Positions 10,577-18,444 of a stretch of 64,000 nt of DNA are shown here, in pieces. The notes under the pieces were generated by a model, which had not been told where the DNA came from, did no database searches, and saw nothing but the letters and a program-made list of their open reading frames with translations. Position numbers and translations under genes: made by a program. The stretch comes from Candidatus Babelota bacterium (GTDB lineage: Bacteria; Babelota; Babeliae; Babelales; Vermiphilaceae): NCBI GenBank assembly GCA_049325595.1, contig JBMOLF010000015.1:1-64000 (forward strand). The letters are read 5' to 3'. Each line of letters starts with the position of its first letter. Position 1 is the first letter of the stretch.

Positions 10577-11362
10577 GTGAGTATTATGGAGCTTAATACC
10601 TTAGCTAAGGATGTAGAAGTTATTGTAAAGAAGGCAGGCGAAATCCTGCTTTCTTATTTTCGTAGAACGATACAGGTTCATCATAAACACCATGGCGGTT
10701 TGGTAACGGAAGCTGATCTTGCCTCAGAAACTTTTTTAAAAGCAGAGCTAGGAAAATTGCTTCCCGAAGCAGCTTTTTGGGCTGAAGAATCAGGAAAATC
10801 AGGAGAGGCTGAGTATCATTGGGTTATTGACCCGTTAGATGGAACGACTAATTTTGCACATGGATTGCCCTATTTTTGCATATCAGTTGCTTTAACACAT
10901 AATCATAACCCTATAGTAGGAATAATTTATCAGCCGTTATTAAACGAATGTTTTACCGCTGTTAAAGGCGAGGGGGCATTTTGTAATAATCAGCACATTA
11001 TGGTATCTGAAGTTAAATCGATGGCAGAAAGCATGATTGTGGTTGGCTTGCCTTATGTAAAAAGCGGTTATTACCGTGCGCTTTTACAAGATTTTAAAAA
11101 AGTAGCCTTAAAAAGCTTTGCCGTTAGACACTTTGGCGCTGCAGCGTTAGACCTTGCTTATGTAGCTGCGGGGCGGTTAGACGCAGTTTTTTTTGAAAAA
11201 TTAGGATGGTGGGATGTAGCGGCAGGAAGAATTTTAATAGAAGAGGCAAAGGGAATTATTACCGATTTTGAAGGGCTTCCCATTTTTCCTGATTTTATTT
11301 CCTGTCTTGCCTCAAGCCGGCCATTACACCAGCCATTACAGGAGTTACTTAAAAAAGAGTAG
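10577..11362 (+). CDS. suhB: Inositol monophosphatase family protein
   Basis: WVIDPLDGTTNFAHG, GAAALDLAYVAAGR, WDVAAG. Confidence 0.9.
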   Translation: MSIMELNTLAKDVEVIVKKAGEILLSYFRRTIQVHHKHHGGLVTEADLASETFLKAELGKLLPEAAFWAEESGKSGEAEYHWVIDPLDGTTNFAHGLPYFCISVALTHNHNPIVGIIYQPLLNECFTAVKGEGAFCNNQHIMVSEVKSMAESMIVVGLPYVKSGYYRALLQDFKKVALKSFAVRHFGAAALDLAYVAAGRLDAVFFEKLGWWDVAAGRILIEEAKGIITDFEGLPIFPDFISCLASSRPLHQPLQELLKKE

Positions 11363-11439
11363 TATAATTTGAAAAAACCGCTATTTCTAGTACACTATAC
11401 AATAAAAATTGCTTATTTTGACAGAAAGGATATTCATCA

Positions 11440-11643
11440 ATGGCAAGAATGTGCGCTGTTTGCGGCAAAGGACCTTCTGTAGGTAATTTAGTAAGCCACG
11501 CAAACAATAAAGTTAAACGTTGGATTTACCCTAACGTTCATCGTATGAGATTTACCTTAACACACGATAATTCAGGAAAAGTATGCCAAGCAAAGGTATG
11601 CACCAAGTGTGTTAAGGCTGGAAAAGTAAAAAAAGTTCTCTAA
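11440..11643 (+). CDS. rpmB: 50S ribosomal protein L28
   Basis: [31 protein letters not shown]. Confidence 0.95.
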   Translation: MARMCAVCGKGPSVGNLVSHANNKVKRWIYPNVHRMRFTLTHDNSGKVCQAKVCTKCVKAGKVKKVL

Positions 11644-11660
11644 GGATCTAAGGATTTTTC

Positions 11661-11939
11661 ATGGCAAACACTAAGTCTGCAAAAAAGCAAGCTCGCAAAA
11701 ATAAAGTTAATAGAACTATTAACTTATCTCGTAGAACAGCAGTTAAAACAGCAGTTAAAAAAGTTATGGCTGCTATTGAGCAAGATGTTGAGAAAGCAAA
11801 AGAATTGCTCAAAGAAGCTGAAGCTAAACTTGCTCGCGCTAAGAACAAAGGCGTTCTACACAAAAATACCGTTTCTCGCAAAATAAGTCGTCTTGCAAAA
11901 AGAGTTGCATCTGCTCAAAAAGCACAAGCAACTAAGTAA
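11661..11939 (+). CDS. rpsT: 30S ribosomal protein S20
   Basis: [12 protein letters not shown]...[16 protein letters not shown]. Confidence 0.95.
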   Translation: MANTKSAKKQARKNKVNRTINLSRRTAVKTAVKKVMAAIEQDVEKAKELLKEAEAKLARAKNKGVLHKNTVSRKISRLAKRVASAQKAQATK

Positions 11940-11966
11940 CAAGATTACTAAAGGGGAGTAGATGAT

Positions 11967-12335
11967 ATGAAGTTAAGCATTAGGCTTATCTTGTGCGTTA
12001 TTTTTTGCACAGTTGTATGTGCTACTCCCAATTCTCTTTATTCAAATCAAATAGGTAACTTTTCGGTTAAATCTGAAGAAATTGTTGCCAGCCTAATTCC
12101 AGCCTTTTGCGTCGGTTCTGTTCTAGGAACTTTCTGGAGTTATGTTGATTCGATTGTCATTCCCTCTTCATTGCGTTATGTTACTACATTTCCTGTCGCT
12201 TTATGTGCACGTTATGTGATTGTTAATACGGTGAGTGCTGCATTAAAACAAGAAAAAATTGAGCATGACAAAAATCTATTTTTTTTTGCGACGTGGATAT
12301 GGGAATGGTATATGTATAAAAAATTATCGCGTTAA
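11967..12335 (+). CDS. Hypothetical membrane protein
   Basis: 122-aa ORF with GGGGAG RBS, signal-like N-terminus and hydrophobic segments. Confidence 0.6.
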   Translation: MKLSIRLILCVIFCTVVCATPNSLYSNQIGNFSVKSEEIVASLIPAFCVGSVLGTFWSYVDSIVIPSSLRYVTTFPVALCARYVIVNTVSAALKQEKIEHDKNLFFFATWIWEWYMYKKLSR

Positions 12336-12688
12336 ATACTATTTCTACGAGATGCTTTTTTTGATTCTATTATATTAGGAACTATTTCAAGCCTAAACAT
12401 AGTATTTTTAAAATAACTCCCCAGAGAATTTAAATTAATTTCTTGTTTGATTACTGATAGAGTATCAGTGTCATTTTGCTTATCAAGTTCTTGAACAAGT
12501 TCCATAAGCAGCTTGTCATCGTTTGCTGAAGGAGCGCTATCAAAAATAACATAGCGATTACGTAAATTACGTATTCCTTCTCTAACAACAACCGGTTCTA
12601 AAATGCGATTGATGTTGTTTTTTTCTTGCGCAAAAGATGCATTAGAGGTAATTAATAAATTTAGTAAAAAGAATAAACGTGTAGCCAT
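12332..12688 (-). CDS. Hypothetical exported protein
   Basis: 118-aa ORF with signal peptide (..NASFA-QE) and GAGG RBS. Confidence 0.6.
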   Translation of the reverse strand: MATRLFFLLNLLITSNASFAQEKNNINRILEPVVVREGIRNLRNRYVIFDSAPSANDDKLLMELVQELDKQNDTDTLSVIKQEINLNSLGSYFKNTMFRLEIVPNIIESKKASRRNSI

Positions 12689-12740
12689 ATTGCCTCAATA
12701 CATATTGAATTGTTAATATCTATAAGGTGATGTAAAAATA

Positions 12741-14468
12741 TTAACTAGTCAATAAGTTATTGTTGTAGTGCGTCAAAAAATCTTTTGCAACAGTGGTGGC
12801 CATAGATGCCGAACCTGCATTCTCAAGCAATACTACCAAGACTAAAGGATCTTTTTGTAGTGGTTGATAATAAGAAGCAAGCCAGGCATGTTCAAAGTAT
12901 GCTTTACCAAATTGTTTTTTATCTAACGACGCTACCTGTGCGGTACTTGTTTTTGCATAAATTCGTGCATTTTTTATGTGCTTTAATTTTTTACCTGTTC
13001 CTTTAGTCACCACCGAACGCATTGCTCGTTGTAAAAAAATTCGTGTTTCAGGTTTAATATCAAGATTTTTTTTCACTATAGGTTCATCTTGCAAAATACG
13101 TGGTGTTACTAATGCACCAGTAAAAATGCTACCAATCATGCTTGCTATTTGAATAGGGGTAACAAGAAGATAGCTTTGACCAATAGATGCTGATAACGTT
13201 TCTCCGGGCCACCATTTTTCATTTTTAGTTTCTCGTTTCCATTTAGTAGAAGGGACCAACCCACTTTTTTCGGCAAATAGAACATTAGTTTTTTCTCCTA
13301 GCCCAAATCGTTTGGCATAATCAGCGAGCAAATCAATCGAAATTTTTTTACCAATTTCAAAAAAAGGTTTATTGCAGGAATAAGCTAACGCTTGTTTAGT
13401 AGTAACCATACCATGTCCATAGCGATTATTGCACCAGTATTTACGTTGTGCAAATGGTACATAACCACAGCAATGCCAGGTGTCTTCTATATTTATAATA
13501 TTATGTTCTAAAGTTGCGGCGAGCGTAATGAGTTTAAAGAGCGATCCAGGTGGATAACTGGCATTAAAAGCTCTATTTAAAAATGGTCTTTGTTCTTGTA
13601 TATTTTCCCATTCTTGTATATTTACCGGTGTTAGAAAGAGTGCTGGATCAAAGCTTGGACGTGATACTAATGCTTTAAGTGCACCAGTATGAGGATCCAT
13701 GATAATAAAAGTACCTTTGTATTCTGTTGGAAAGACTGCTTCGGCAATCTTTTGTATTTCAAGATCGATAGTAGAATGTAAATCTTTACCGGCAAGCGCT
13801 TTTTGCAACTCAGTTTCGGCTAGATTTCTTCCCATCGAATTTATAGTTTTAATTTTCGTGCCCTTTTGGCCGCGCAATTCTTGTTCAAATATTTTTTCAA
13901 GACCCATTTTACCTAAATAATCAACATCAATACGACCTAAGTAACCAAGAAGGTGACAGGCAAGGGATTGATAAGGATAACAACGGACAAAGTGGGTAGT
14001 AATACTGATATTTTTTTCTTCAGGAAATTGTTCTACTATTTTGCTTAATTGTTCAAATGAAATATCGGAAGCTAACAAGATTTTTTTGTATTGTTTTTCT
14101 GCATAAGTGATGTTTGAAAGGAGGGATTGGTTTTCTGAGATTGATATATTTAATATAGATTCTAATTTTTTTAAAAACTCATGTTGCTTATCAGTCAGTC
14201 GTTGATTGCCGCATCCATTCCAATAGATATCAGTAGTAGGGCGATTAGTTGCAAGTAATTTACCATTACAATCAAAAATATTACCACGCAATGAGGCAAT
14301 GGTTTCAACACGAGAAAAATTTTTTTTGCTTTGATGATAATAACGATGATTGAGAATTATTTGAAGATAAAACAACCGTACAATAATAATAGATAATATA
14401 ACAGTCGTTGCAATAAAGGTCTTTTTTAATTTTGTATTAAGTTGACTGGAGGCATTATTGCTGATCAT
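12741..14468 (-). CDS. mrdA: Penicillin-binding protein 2 (class B PBP)
   Basis: RLFYLQI, RGNIFDCNG, YPPGSLFK (SxxK), SCN; KTG replaced by KTS; SIGQSYLLVTPIQ. Confidence 0.9.
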   Translation of the reverse strand: MISNNASSQLNTKLKKTFIATTVILSIIIVRLFYLQIILNHRYYHQSKKNFSRVETIASLRGNIFDCNGKLLATNRPTTDIYWNGCGNQRLTDKQHEFLKKLESILNISISENQSLLSNITYAEKQYKKILLASDISFEQLSKIVEQFPEEKNISITTHFVRCYPYQSLACHLLGYLGRIDVDYLGKMGLEKIFEQELRGQKGTKIKTINSMGRNLAETELQKALAGKDLHSTIDLEIQKIAEAVFPTEYKGTFIIMDPHTGALKALVSRPSFDPALFLTPVNIQEWENIQEQRPFLNRAFNASYPPGSLFKLITLAATLEHNIINIEDTWHCCGYVPFAQRKYWCNNRYGHGMVTTKQALAYSCNKPFFEIGKKISIDLLADYAKRFGLGEKTNVLFAEKSGLVPSTKWKRETKNEKWWPGETLSASIGQSYLLVTPIQIASMIGSIFTGALVTPRILQDEPIVKKNLDIKPETRIFLQRAMRSVVTKGTGKKLKHIKNARIYAKTSTAQVASLDKKQFGKAYFEHAWLASYYQPLQKDPLVLVVLLENAGSASMATTVAKDFLTHYNNNLLTS

Positions 14469-15393
14469 TAGATGTTTCTTTATTATTCATACGCTGATTT
14501 ATAGGGTGAATTTGATCACAGAGCCGTGCTAAATTATCAAGAGAAATATGGGTATATTTTTCAGTGCTTGCCAATGTTTTATGTCCTAATAATTCTTGCA
14601 CTACGCGTAGATCAACTCCTTGATTAAGTAAATGAGTAGCAAAAGAATGACGTAATTTATGAGGAGTAATATGTTTGTCTATTTTTAAAAATCCTCTAAA
14701 CATTTCTATAATACGTTGCACGCTACGAGAGGTGAGCGGTTCATTACGGTAATTTAAAAATAAATGTTCATCAGGATTTTGTGATTTTGGACGTTCTTCA
14801 TTCAGGTACTTGGTTAAACGATCTTTTGCTTTCTGGCCAAATAAAGCTATTCGCTCTCTTTTGCCTTTACCAAATATTCGTATCGCTTTATTTTCAAGAT
14901 CGATGTCTTTAAAGCGAATGTTGATTAATTCTGAACAGCGAACACCGGTTGCATACAGTAATTCAAAAATTGCTTTATCGCGTGCAGGTCGGCGCGTTGG
15001 TAACGTATCATCTGAGATATTATCAAGTAAATAAAATATCTCATCAACACTTAAATAAATAGGCAATTTTTTTTCTAAGCGTGGCCGTTGCATAGTAATA
15101 TCAAGTTGAATTCCTTGAGTGCGTAAAAAACGGTCAAATGATTTAAAGCACGAAAGTTTTCGAGCAATAGAAGCTTTACTGATTTTTTTATAATATAAAC
15201 TCACCAAGTAACGCTCAATAATATTTTTAAAACTTAAATTTTCTTTTTCTTCAGCGGTGAGTTTTTGCCAAAACAATACAAATTGCTCAAGATCGGTGGC
15301 ATAGGCACGTTGGGTATGATCAGAGCAGTTTTTTGCGATTGATAAGAAAGTAAGAAATTCGTTTTTTTTCTCTATAAATTGCGTAAGTTCCAT
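14455..15393 (-). CDS. xerC: XerC/XerD tyrosine recombinase
   Basis: LYATGVRCSEL, GKGKRER, TPHKLRHSFATHLL, LLGH..LASTEKYTH. Confidence 0.88.
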   Translation of the reverse strand: MELTQFIEKKNEFLTFLSIAKNCSDHTQRAYATDLEQFVLFWQKLTAEEKENLSFKNIIERYLVSLYYKKISKASIARKLSCFKSFDRFLRTQGIQLDITMQRPRLEKKLPIYLSVDEIFYLLDNISDDTLPTRRPARDKAIFELLYATGVRCSELINIRFKDIDLENKAIRIFGKGKRERIALFGQKAKDRLTKYLNEERPKSQNPDEHLFLNYRNEPLTSRSVQRIIEMFRGFLKIDKHITPHKLRHSFATHLLNQGVDLRVVQELLGHKTLASTEKYTHISLDNLARLCDQIHPINQRMNNKETSNDQQ

Positions 15394-15476
15394 GGCTTTG
15401 AATCCTGCATTAAAACCGTTTCGTGGTTAGGATAGTTTATTAACACAGGATTATCAACTCTTTTGAGAGTGATTTT

Positions 15477-18140
15477 TTATTGCAAGCTATATTCTTTACA
15501 CCGTCTATTCACTGAAGATCTATTAACTCCCAGATATTCGGCAATACGAGCTTGGCTTTTGAAGGTCTTCCACAATTGTGACATTAACTGGGGATCTTTT
15601 AAAGCAAGCTTCCCGAGTCGCATTGCCTGTGCAATTTCTGGTTTAATGTCATAAAGATAATTATTATCTTGTATAATTTTGTCTATTCTATTTTGTGCAT
15701 GCTCAAAAACCATTGTTTTAAGATCGTAAAGCGTTGTTGGTTTATAATTTTGAAAAAGAGTGATTAAAAAATCATTAGGAATGGTATTTAGGCATTCTTG
15801 CTTAAGATAATTACTTGCTATATCTGCCAACTCACTTGTTTTGAGCAGTGTTAAGTCGGGCATTGTGAGTATACCTGATTTAAGCTCATCATAAAGTTCT
15901 TGGTAAAATAACCCTTCTTTAACCTGCAAAGATAATTTTTTATGGGTTGAGCAAATAATCCTTACGTTAATACAAACTTTTTTCTGGTTTGTCGGATCGG
16001 TAAAAAAACCATATTTAATAACATCAGCTAGTTGTTTTTGTACTTTTAAATCTAATGCATCAATATTTTTTATAAATAAAGTTCCGCTATTGTTAAGTTG
16101 TTCTAACAATGAAGTTTTTTTATTTTTTTGGCAGTCAAATAATAATTGCTCGTAATCTTCTTCGCTTAATTTACCATCTATAGTATGTAGGATCTGTCGA
16201 GAGCTAGTTTCATGCAAAAAGTTAACTAGTTCGTTTAAGTCTTCAACAGGTGCTTGCAACAAGGTTGCTTTTTTACTTAAGGCAGCTTCTAATAAATCTA
16301 CTTTAAAGTTAAGTAGATCTGGTGCAGAACCAGGAATTAAGGTATTAATACGGTGACCAGGTTTAGTAGTTTCTAGATATAAAAGATAATCAAAACGGGT
16401 TGGATTATTAAGTAATGCTATTTTTTGAGAAATAGATTCGGTAAGATCAGCCCGGCTAATACTGATAATGCAATTGTTTCCTTGATGATTATAAACAGCC
16501 GTTATCATGTAACGATTACCTTTGCCATCACAGGTGTAACAATTATAGGGCGTTTGATAACGTTCAACATATCGCGCACTATTTTTTAGCGACTGTAAAA
16601 GAGGGTGGGATTGGTTATTGCCAATTAAAGAAGCAATTTTTTTTGCGCTATCATTTGCATATTCAAGGGTATTTTTATGACTAAAAATAATACCAATTTC
16701 TTGGGCTTGGCTAGTGATTAAAAATGAACGAATACTTTCTTTATAGTGAGCCAGTTCCAAATGTTTTTTATATAAATCATCTTTTAATTTTTTTTCTTGA
16801 TGAGAACAATGATCAGTGTCATGTAACAAGGCGTTTATTTTAGTAGCTAAATATTTTGCATATAAGATCATTTCATGTCGATCTATATTTGAATACAGCT
16901 CTTTTCTGGCAGCTTTTTGAATGACTATAAAAGCTATCATGCGTTCTTTTTCTATGATTGGCAAAAAAACATCTGCGCTGATTGAATCTAAAAATGATAA
17001 TAGCTTAGCAGTGCCCTCATTTGAGTTATAAAAGTTATTAAGTGCCAAATCATCGTATACTAAAATTTTTTCTTCTTTTATTATCGGGCAAACTAATAGT
17101 CCATGATTGTTTATTAACTGCTCAACGTTATTAATTAAAATACCTGTATTATTAGCTGAGGATGAATAATCCCTGAGTAGCAATACTACATTACAAGATG
17201 ATATTGAAAAATTAGTTTCAAAGAAATGTTCTGTTAGTAGATTGAGTTTTTCGATAGTATTGCAGCTATGAAGTTCTTCAATTATTTCTTTAAATTGATA
17301 GATAAAAGAAGGACGAGGTGAAGATTCAATCAATTCTTTGCAATTAAGAAATCGTAATCGAATTACCCGATACATACAATAACTCATAGCAGCGGTTAGA
17401 AAAAGATTTGAAAAACCAACCAAAATGGGTGAATAGATGTGTATTGAGCGCCAGAAAAAGTGAATGACCATAATAAAATCATATAAAAAAAATGGAACAA
17501 TAAAGGTGCCCATCAATGTTAAAATTTGTTTTTTTAGAATTTTAGGCAAAAAAATATTTTTTGTTTCTCTGAAGGAAAAATATAATAAAAATAACGACCA
17601 AATTCCTTGAATCAATAAGAAAATAGAAGTTATTTTCATAGCGGCTATTTCTAAAGGAACGGTGGCAAAAAGCGATTGTGCAAGATAATAATTACGTTCA
17701 TCCTTACTTAAAAAGTTTTCACAAAATAATGCATCATATATAAAGTAAGAAAAAAGTATAAAACTAATACCTATAAAAAAAAGATTCCCTTTTCGGATTC
17801 TGAATGAGGTGAATATAAAATTATCTAAAAATAAGGCAAAAGCTTGATATTGAACGACCAAAAATGCCCAACCAATTCTAATAAGTGACATAACAAAATC
17901 GCGTGCGATAACTTCTGAAAAAAATAAAATCCTTAAAAGTTTTGTAAAACCGGCAACATCACCTAATAAAGAACTACATATAACACAAATTAATAACAAC
18001 CATAGTTTAGATAGTTGTTTTGAGTGTGAATTATAATAAATAAGTACCGAAACTAATATGAGTTTTGTAAAGATGCATAAAATGATAGCGAAGAAAAAAA
18101 ATAGATTATTATTGAGTAAAAATAAAACAAAATTTAACAT
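15477..18140 (-). CDS. Membrane-bound one-component regulator A: ~7 TM sensor, GAF/PAS-like region, degenerate sigma54-interaction AAA+ domain, Fis-type HTH
   Basis: Hydrophobic first ~260 aa; GTLFIKNIDAL...NVRIICST...VKEGLF; C-terminal SQARIAEYLGVNRSSVNRRCKEY. Confidence 0.8.
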   Translation of the reverse strand: MLNFVLFLLNNNLFFFFAIILCIFTKLILVSVLIYYNSHSKQLSKLWLLLICVICSSLLGDVAGFTKLLRILFFSEVIARDFVMSLIRIGWAFLVVQYQAFALFLDNFIFTSFRIRKGNLFFIGISFILFSYFIYDALFCENFLSKDERNYYLAQSLFATVPLEIAAMKITSIFLLIQGIWSLFLLYFSFRETKNIFLPKILKKQILTLMGTFIVPFFLYDFIMVIHFFWRSIHIYSPILVGFSNLFLTAAMSYCMYRVIRLRFLNCKELIESSPRPSFIYQFKEIIEELHSCNTIEKLNLLTEHFFETNFSISSCNVVLLLRDYSSSANNTGILINNVEQLINNHGLLVCPIIKEEKILVYDDLALNNFYNSNEGTAKLLSFLDSISADVFLPIIEKERMIAFIVIQKAARKELYSNIDRHEMILYAKYLATKINALLHDTDHCSHQEKKLKDDLYKKHLELAHYKESIRSFLITSQAQEIGIIFSHKNTLEYANDSAKKIASLIGNNQSHPLLQSLKNSARYVERYQTPYNCYTCDGKGNRYMITAVYNHQGNNCIISISRADLTESISQKIALLNNPTRFDYLLYLETTKPGHRINTLIPGSAPDLLNFKVDLLEAALSKKATLLQAPVEDLNELVNFLHETSSRQILHTIDGKLSEEDYEQLLFDCQKNKKTSLLEQLNNSGTLFIKNIDALDLKVQKQLADVIKYGFFTDPTNQKKVCINVRIICSTHKKLSLQVKEGLFYQELYDELKSGILTMPDLTLLKTSELADIASNYLKQECLNTIPNDFLITLFQNYKPTTLYDLKTMVFEHAQNRIDKIIQDNNYLYDIKPEIAQAMRLGKLALKDPQLMSQLWKTFKSQARIAEYLGVNRSSVNRRCKEYSLQ

Positions 18141-18238
18141 TATCTCTTGAACTCGCCTTTAATGATATTTATACTACATCTGGTTCAGTAGGTTAAAATA
18201 TAAATTAATAACTTTCAACTACTATCACAGGAGAATCA

Positions 18239-18379
18239 ATGAAAGATCTTAAACGTATATTATATCTTTTAGTTCCCGCACTCTTTGCATTAGCGCTTTT
18301 GCGTTACCCGCCAGATGGTCCAGATAGATCAAGCGATCGTGAACTTGCTAATAATTTTGAGCGCGTTTTCAAACGTTAA
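18239..18379 (+). CDS. Unannotated 46-aa hydrophobic peptide MKDLKRILYLLVPALFALALLRYPPDGPDRSSDRELANNFERVFKR (putative signal peptide/small membrane regulator)
   Basis: AGGAGA RBS at 18229-18234, basic-hydrophobic N-terminus, own terminator at 18403-18427, divergent from regulator A. Confidence 0.7.
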   Translation: MKDLKRILYLLVPALFALALLRYPPDGPDRSSDRELANNFERVFKR

Positions 18380-18402
18380 TAAATAGTTTTAGCAAATAAA
18401 CT

Positions 18403-18427
18403 AAGGCTACCAGTGATTGGTAGCCTT
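18403..18427. terminator. Bidirectional terminator between peptide A and regulator B
   Basis: AAGGCTACCA-gtgat-TGGTAGCCTT perfect 10-bp stem with A/T-rich flanks. Confidence 0.8.
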
Positions 18428-18444
18428 TATTATTTAAATAAGAA

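Noticed and set aside
14455..15393. Tyrosine recombinase as a phage/island integrase
   Set aside because: Sequence is XerC/D-like, it is coupled to mrdA, and no att repeats or phage genes are nearby.
15435..15460. Two DnaA-box-like 9-mers upstream of xerC (TTATTAACA, TTATCAACT)
   Set aside because: Each has two mismatches to TTATCCACA in an AT-rich background; no box cluster or dnaA, so no oriC call.
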